64,000 nt of DNA. It comes from a virus. Its lineage: Duplodnaviria > Caudoviricetes. The stretch covers positions 64,001 to 128,000 of the IMG/VR virus record IMGVR_UViG_3300042090_001530, one strand, 5' to 3'. The translations under genes and the position numbers were made by a program. Every line of letters begins with the position of its first letter. Position 1 is the first letter of the stretch. The notes beneath the pieces were generated by a model. The model did not search any database, had not been told where the DNA came from, and saw only the letters and a program-made list of their open reading frames with translations. Of this stretch, positions 58,494-64,000 are shown piece after piece.

Positions 58494-58782
58494 CGACCTG
58501 CCCAGCCCGTCACTGGGCGAACTACGGGCGGCGGGCGCGAACCTGATGGCTGCGCATCTCGCCGCGAGCATGGTCCCGAACGCACTCAAAGCCGCAGTCG
58601 AGCGCGACGACTACTTCTGCCGCGCCCACACTCTCGGCTTCGGCCGGGCCGCCGCTGAGCGCATCCTCGCGCCGATCGTCGAGGACCGGCTGGCCAAGGG
58701 CCTGTCGCACTACGGTCCGGTTGTGTATCGCCTGGCGATGGACCGGATCTACGCTGAGATCTCGGGGGTCGGCGATGCGTAG
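58486..58782 (+). CDS. Hypothetical protein
   Basis: Coupled ORF. Confidence 0.5.
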   Translation: MSDDLPSPSLGELRAAGANLMAAHLAASMVPNALKAAVERDDYFCRAHTLGFGRAAAERILAPIVEDRLAKGLSHYGPVVYRLAMDRIYAEISGVGDA

Positions 58783-58976
58783 CCGGTTCGTTCGGTCCGC
58801 GACTCGCAGCGGCTGGCGGGGTGTCGCCTTGCTGGGACTGCTGCCTATGTCGCTCGCGGCGTTCTTCATCGCACTGTGCGCTCACGGCGTGGTGCAGTCT
58901 GTCGCGGGCGACGCGTATTGCGTCGTGGCAGGGCTGATTCTCCTACTGGCGTTCCAGATCTCGTTTGGGCGCCGGA

Positions 58977-59327
58977 ATGGCTGAGCCCCGTGATGAGTGC
59001 CGCGAGGTGACGCTGCCGTCCGGCGAGCCGGTCCGGTACCGCGGCTCCGGCGAGTTGAGCCCGGAGGCTGTCGCAGCGCTGGGCGAGCTCGTGGACGCGG
59101 CCCGCGCCTGGCATGCGGCCGAGCATCCCGAGGATCCCGCCGCCACGGCCCTGTGGCGGCGCCTGCGGGCCGTAGCCGACGCGCGCGGCCTGCTGATGCG
59201 GGAGGTCGCCCACGAGTGCGGCGTGCGGCCGTCGGTGGTGACGCGGATCGCGCAGGGCTACATGCCCGACGGGCACAACCTAGCGGCGATCGAACGCTGG
59301 CTCACTTCCGGAGGCACTGATGCTTGA
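58977..59327 (+). CDS. Protein with C-terminal XRE-type HTH
   Basis: RGLLMREVAHECGVRPSVVTRIAQGYMPD. Confidence 0.7.
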   Translation: MAEPRDECREVTLPSGEPVRYRGSGELSPEAVAALGELVDAARAWHAAEHPEDPAATALWRRLRAVADARGLLMREVAHECGVRPSVVTRIAQGYMPDGHNLAAIERWLTSGGTDA

Positions 59328-59489
59328 CCGCCTGCTGCGCCGCGGGTTCTGGGTCCGCTGCCAGCATCACTCGCAACGCTGGCCGCACTGGCGGTCCTGC
59401 CTGCGCGGGCAGTCGTACGACCACTTCTGCTTGGACCACAACGGCAGTTGCTTCAACGGCAGTTGCCACTATCCGAAGGGGGCTCGCTA

Positions 59490-60332
59490 ATGCCTGCACG
59501 TCGGACGCTCTTCGTCGATCCCGGCCAGAAGTTCGGACGCGGAACCGTTATCGACCCCGAGGTCAAGGTGGGGCCATCAGGGCAGCAGCGCGGCGCGCGG
59601 CTCGAATGCGAGTGTGGCAATGAGTACTCGGCAAGCCTCAAGTACCTGCTCAACGGCAATACGCAGTCCTGCGGCTGCTTGAGGCGAGGAGTTGTGCAGC
59701 CGGAACTCGACATGGGCGCCCGGCACGGCAGCCTCACCTTCACTGGCGGAACCCGCTACGAGAAGCGGTTCTGGATCCTGGAGTGCACGTGTGACTGCGG
59801 AAACCAGGCTGATGTCCGCTTCGATCGCTGGGGCAAAAACGGCTATTGCACCGAGTGTGCCGCCGTGGCCCGCGGGGCGGCACGCACGGATCACGGACTC
59901 TCGAGGACTGGGGCCTACTCGTCGTGGTGCGCCATGATCGACCGATGCACTCGCCCGAACGCCACGGGCTGGGAGTACTACGGCGGGCGCGGCATCACCG
60001 TGTGCCAGCGGTGGCTTGAGGACGTTCGGAACTTCGTTGCCGATATGGGCGAGCGCCCCGAGGGCACGTCGATCGATCGCATCGACGTCAACGGAAATTA
60101 TGAGCCGGGGAACTGTCGGTGGGCGACCGTGCTCGAGCAGAACAACAACAAGCGGCCGCCGCGGCGCGCGAGGACGTGCCGGCGGGGGTTGCACCCTCGG
60201 ACGCCGGAGAACCTGTACCGCAACCGGACCACTGGCACGTATACGTGCAAGCCGTGCGCCAAGAAGCGGGCGGCGGACAGTTACCTGCGGCTGAAGGCTG
60301 AGCCGCAGCTCGACGCGCCCGCGAAGAAGTAG
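59490..60332 (+). CDS. Free-standing HNH homing endonuclease
   Basis: Two CECG/CTCDCG modules; Y..W..M..RC, YYGGRGITVC.RW, SIDRIDVNGNYEPGNCRWAT. Confidence 0.88.
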   Translation: MPARRTLFVDPGQKFGRGTVIDPEVKVGPSGQQRGARLECECGNEYSASLKYLLNGNTQSCGCLRRGVVQPELDMGARHGSLTFTGGTRYEKRFWILECTCDCGNQADVRFDRWGKNGYCTECAAVARGAARTDHGLSRTGAYSSWCAMIDRCTRPNATGWEYYGGRGITVCQRWLEDVRNFVADMGERPEGTSIDRIDVNGNYEPGNCRWATVLEQNNNKRPPRRARTCRRGLHPRTPENLYRNRTTGTYTCKPCAKKRAADSYLRLKAEPQLDAPAKK

Positions 60333-60371
60333 CTGCTTCACCCATCCTCGCCGTCAATCAAGGAGAACTTT

Positions 60372-60611
60372 ATGCGCCACCACTGCCCGACCTGCGGCCA
60401 TCGCCTGACGGGCTTCGGCTACCGCTGCGGCTGCGGCCACGTCTGGACCGAGGAGCGCTTCGACGACTTCGGTTTCGACGTCACGGACGGTGATTTCGTC
60501 GAGAACCTCGGGGGCGGGATCGGCTTCGACGTGCGGACCGGTCAACTCGAGGAGGAGATCGCGCCGGGGATCGACGTGCCGTTGGGTGACATGTTCGGCG
60601 GCGGCTGGTAA
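60372..60611 (+). CDS. Small zinc-ribbon/acidic protein
   Basis: Strong RBS AAGGAG; CPTC...CGCG. Confidence 0.55.
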   Translation: MRHHCPTCGHRLTGFGYRCGCGHVWTEERFDDFGFDVTDGDFVENLGGGIGFDVRTGQLEEEIAPGIDVPLGDMFGGGW

Positions 60612-61186
60612 GGGTCGAGCGCGGCGCCGCCCCGACGCGGGCAGCGATCGGGGCGGCGGATCCGTTGTCGACAACGGGCTGCGGCTGGCCGGCAGGGGGG
60701 AGTGCCGGACCAGCGATTCCAGCGTACCTCTGGGCAACGATTCGCGCCGGTTTTCCGTCACGGCCGCCCCCGGTGGGGTACAACGTATGGGTGGAAACTG
60801 TGCTGTCGCCTGAGCTTGCGTCAGACCTGGTTGCCGCCTGTGCTGCGCGAAACGTGATCCACTTCGACATCTGTACCGTCTACGACGCGGAGAACCCGGA
60901 GTTCGGGTGCTCGTGCGGGATCCCGCGGCTGCTCGCCGAGTTGAAGGCCGCGCTCCTCGGCGACCTCGAGCCGGTGCCGGCGCGTCGGGCTTGAACGGCG
61001 AACAATTGGCGCACAACGTCTGTCCGCGACGGCGCGTGGCCGTTCTAGGCCTATCCTGGTCTCGGGTACGAGCGGACCGCTGCGGTCCCGTCGGCTGGCG
61101 GGGCCGCTGCTATGCCAGGTGGCCTAGTTACGGGTCGGCTGGGCGAACGCCGTGTAGTGCGACCGGCGCTGCGGGACACTGGCGAC

Positions 61187-61933
61187 ATGTCGTTGAAGCA
61201 GGCGCTCGCCGCGAATCGTTGGATTCCTCGGCTGCTGGCGGTCGTGACGGTGTCGGCGTTGAACTTTGCGTGGGTGGTCGTGGCGCATGAGCCACGGAGC
61301 GTGGGGCTGCCGCCGTCGCTGGGCCTGGACGGTTTGGGCGCGTGGTGCGTCGTGATGTCGGTGCGTACGGGGCTGGCTCAGGCCGGCGTGCGATTGGCGG
61401 CTGAGGCTACGGAGTCTGTCGAGTTGCGCACCCCGCGTGTCCCGGACGCCGGCCCGGATCAGTGCCCGGTATGCGGCGGCTTCGGCCTAGACGCGCTCGC
61501 TGCCGACGACCAGTTCATGGAGCGTGGCCCGGACCGGGCGAAGGTCGTGACGTACGGGCCACGGCGGGCGCACTGGGACTGCGCCGAAGTCGTGCCGTAT
61601 AAGCCGGTCACTGCGGTCGAGTTGCGGGCCGAGGCCCACAGGGCCGAACATGTCGGCCAATTCCACCCCGACTGCTTCGAGTGTCTGCATAGCGAAGAAC
61701 CTTGGCGCCAGGCCGCAGCGCGGGAACACGCAGTGTCGCAGGCCCAGGCTCGCGAACGGGCGCGCGAGCGGCGGCGCCAATCGGATGCGGCGTTCGCCGC
61801 TTCAGTGCGGCCCCCAGCGACGAGCGAGCACTCTCTTGACGAGATGGAGTTGCGCGCCGCCGCGAACGCCGCGTGGTGCGAGGAGCAGTCAGCGCGGATG
61901 GTCGAGGAGACGCGGCGGAGGTGGACGTCCTGA
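61187..61933 (+). CDS. Membrane-anchored protein with Cys/His cluster
   Basis: Two TMs; CPVC, HWDC, HPDCFEC. Confidence 0.5.
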   Translation: MSLKQALAANRWIPRLLAVVTVSALNFAWVVVAHEPRSVGLPPSLGLDGLGAWCVVMSVRTGLAQAGVRLAAEATESVELRTPRVPDAGPDQCPVCGGFGLDALAADDQFMERGPDRAKVVTYGPRRAHWDCAEVVPYKPVTAVELRAEAHRAEHVGQFHPDCFECLHSEEPWRQAAAREHAVSQAQARERARERRRQSDAAFAASVRPPATSEHSLDEMELRAAANAAWCEEQSARMVEETRRRWTS

Positions 61934-62238
61934 AGTCTCTCCTGCCTCGCGGCACGTGCAGCGGCTGCCGTGAGATCGTCGAGTACCTGCCCGACGGGCT
62001 GCCCGTTCCGCACGCGATCGACGTCTACGCCTCGCGCCTCGCTGCTGGGGAGGACGTCCCCTGCCCCGGCAATGAGCATCCGATCGTGGAGATGCCGCCG
62101 GAGGGCTTCGACGGGATCTGTCAGTATGTGCGTCCGTTGGCGTGGACGCGGCTTTCGGGCTCGGGCGATCCCGGCGTCGAGGTGTTCCTGATGCTCGACG
62201 GGCGGATCTGCACGCGGACTGCGGTGGTCCCCACCTGA
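61921..62238 (+). CDS. Hypothetical zinc-binding protein
   Basis: CSGC...H....CPG. Confidence 0.45.
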   Translation: MDVLKSLLPRGTCSGCREIVEYLPDGLPVPHAIDVYASRLAAGEDVPCPGNEHPIVEMPPEGFDGICQYVRPLAWTRLSGSGDPGVEVFLMLDGRICTRTAVVPT

Positions 62239-63109
62239 CTGTGTCCGCCCACGGTGGGAGCGTGCAACGGCAAAGCGAACGGCCCCCGTCCGGGAACGGG
62301 GGCCGCTGCTGGCTGGCCCTGGCCGCGCGTTCAGGTCGGTGCGTGCGCGGAACCCCGGCGGTCGAGCGGGACGGTCAAGCCGCCCCGGTGCCGCCTCCCA
62401 TCCAATAACCAGCCTCATCATCATGGTGGGAGCTGAGGCGCTCCCCGCACCCTGGTCCAGGCACTACGGGCCTCGACGTCTACGGCAGTTTCTGCGCTGC
62501 TATCGACGAGGCTTGCGGGCGAGGTAGCGCAGGTCTCTTCTCGCCGCTCGGTCTCTATTGGGGAGCGGATCCACGGTAGCAGGACGCGGCGACAGGCGCT
62601 GGGGAATGGTGCGTCCCGGGCTGCGCTGTGCCACAGGCGCGTTCTGCAACCCTTGTTGCGGGCTGGGTAAACCCGGGACGCTGCCACCAGTCTAGACATC
62701 CGTAAGCAGACTCTCGTCGGAGTACCGGTCAACGAACGACAGCCGCCAGTCCGCCGGTAGCTGCTCGCCGCAGTCCGGGTCGACGCACAACCAGGCGACA
62801 CGGTTGCCGTCCACGTCGTCAACGGGCACGGCGTCACGGTGCTTCGACGGGCACGCGTCTTGCCCGGTCCACGGGTCGACGGGCCCGAGCGGTCCGAAGT
62901 GCATGCGGCGCCCCTTCCTGTCGCTGCGGGTTGGCCGGATCGCTATCCAGATGCACCAGAGCATGCACGCGAGCAGCGGGCCGCACATGACGAACAGGGG
63001 CACGTAGTGCCCGGCCGGGTAGTTGCCGGGCAGAGTGCCATGTCGTCCATGCCAGCGACTGTACGCGGGCCCTACGTGGCATCCACGACGCCTCCTCGGC
63101 GCGCGCCCG

Positions 63110-64000
63110 TCAGGCCGCCGCAGCATCGCCCGTGAGCCCGAGCGGTTCGAGCACTGCGGTCGGCCACTCCGACAGCGGGCGTGTGTTGAGCCCCGCCAGG
63201 AGGGCGTGCGCGGCGATCTGACGGTCGTAGCGCCACGTGGTCTCGGCACTGGTCCAACGGGGCTCCACAATGGCCGCCAGCGCCTCCGCATGACCCGCAG
63301 CGACGGCCTGCTCGTCGGCCCACCCCAACGCCATCAACGAGAACTCGATGACCTTGTGCGGTTCCTCGGGCGAACGGGAACTCTCGACGGCAGCGATGGC
63401 CGCTTGGATCGTGTCTCGCTCTCGCTGCCGCTTTTCCTGTGCGGACAACTGCGGCGGGGGAGCGGACTCGTCTACTTGATCACTGGCCGTTCGCTCGCGC
63501 GGCGCCGTTTTTGCGCCGTGCCCCGCCGGGAGGCCGCTGGCACGTTCGCCGCCCGCGATTTGTTTGCCCGGCGGCATGGTTGCGGCAGACGCATCACCTG
63601 GCTCGTCTACTGGTCGATCAGCTGAAGAATCTAGTGATTGCTCATGGCCCCGCAGTTTTGCAGGGGTGACCCCCGCAAAGCTGCCCGGGTGACCCTGGCA
63701 ATCCTGCGGGGGAGACCCCTGCAGATCTGCCGGGGGGACCCCTGCAATATTGCGGGGGTCTAATCCTTCATCCTCCATCGCAGCCCGAATCGCGCGCGCC
63801 GTCTCCTGCTTCTCCCGCACCTTCTTGCGGCGCTCCAGCCGTGCCGGTCGGACCTTCTTGTACGGATCGAACGCCGGATCCATGAACGGCTCGATCTCCC
63901 GGTCGGTGACGTTCAGGCGATACAGATTCGAGGACCGCGTGCCGTCGTCACGCCAGCGCTCGGAGATCTCGATGATGTCCATCTCTGCCAGCTTGGCGCA
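63110..64000 (-). CDS. HTH-type replication-initiator-like protein (5'-truncated by the window edge)
   Basis: LAEMDIIEISERWRDDGTRSSNLYRL is the typical end of HTH_36-like Rep N-domains, followed by a low-complexity linker; ORF continues past 64000. Confidence 0.6.
   Translation of the reverse strand, partial: CAKLAEMDIIEISERWRDDGTRSSNLYRLNVTDREIEPFMDPAFDPYKKVRPARLERRKKVREKQETARAIRAAMEDEGLDPRNIAGVPPADLQGSPPQDCQGHPGSFAGVTPAKLRGHEQSLDSSADRPVDEPGDASAATMPPGKQIAGGERASGLPAGHGAKTAPRERTASDQVDESAPPPQLSAQEKRQRERDTIQAAIAAVESSRSPEEPHKVIEFSLMALGWADEQAVAAGHAEALAAIVEPRWTSAETTWRYDRQIAAHALLAGLNTRPLSEWPTAVLEPLGLTGDAAAA

Noticed and set aside
62240-62690. Possible ncRNA in the convergent intergenic region
   Set aside because: Only short GC-rich stems (e.g. 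CCGCTC/GAGCGG), not distinguishable from chance.

Overview
High-GC actinobacterial temperate phage DNA, apparently in unintegrated (attP) configuration. Left to right: a putative endolysin, two divergent membrane-protein genes, a tyrosine integrase, an intact attP (22-bp copy of a tRNA 3' end, probably tRNA-Cys, with a terminator and tandem arm-type repeats on both sides), a double-HTH repressor/Cro switch with four palindromic operators, and Xis. A roughly 57-kb rightward early/accessory region follows. It carries RecE/RecT-like recombination genes, a DnaQ-like exonuclease, DUF5131, RusA, a C5 DNA methyltransferase, an Lsr2 fusion, a replication initiator/loader/DnaB module, three double-LuxR regulators, a WhiB1-like factor, a GT39+GT2+GH26 glycan cassette, an RNase II-dsRBD protein, HNH/GIY-YIG nucleases, and two IS200/IS605-family elements whose ends and TAMs can be derived from the sequence. 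No virion structural genes are in the window. The standout is a solitary Cas7/RAMP-like gene (19768-20442) directly preceded by a ~560-bp non-coding array (19192-19754). The array is made of GAC-headed units of alternating conserved C-N-C triplets and variable dinucleotides, with unit lengths of 5n+3. This suggests a phage-encoded, non-CRISPR RNA-guided system with a non-contiguous guide code (VIPR-like, but with a C-rich rather than GGY scaffold). Family assignments come from recognised motifs, not database searches.
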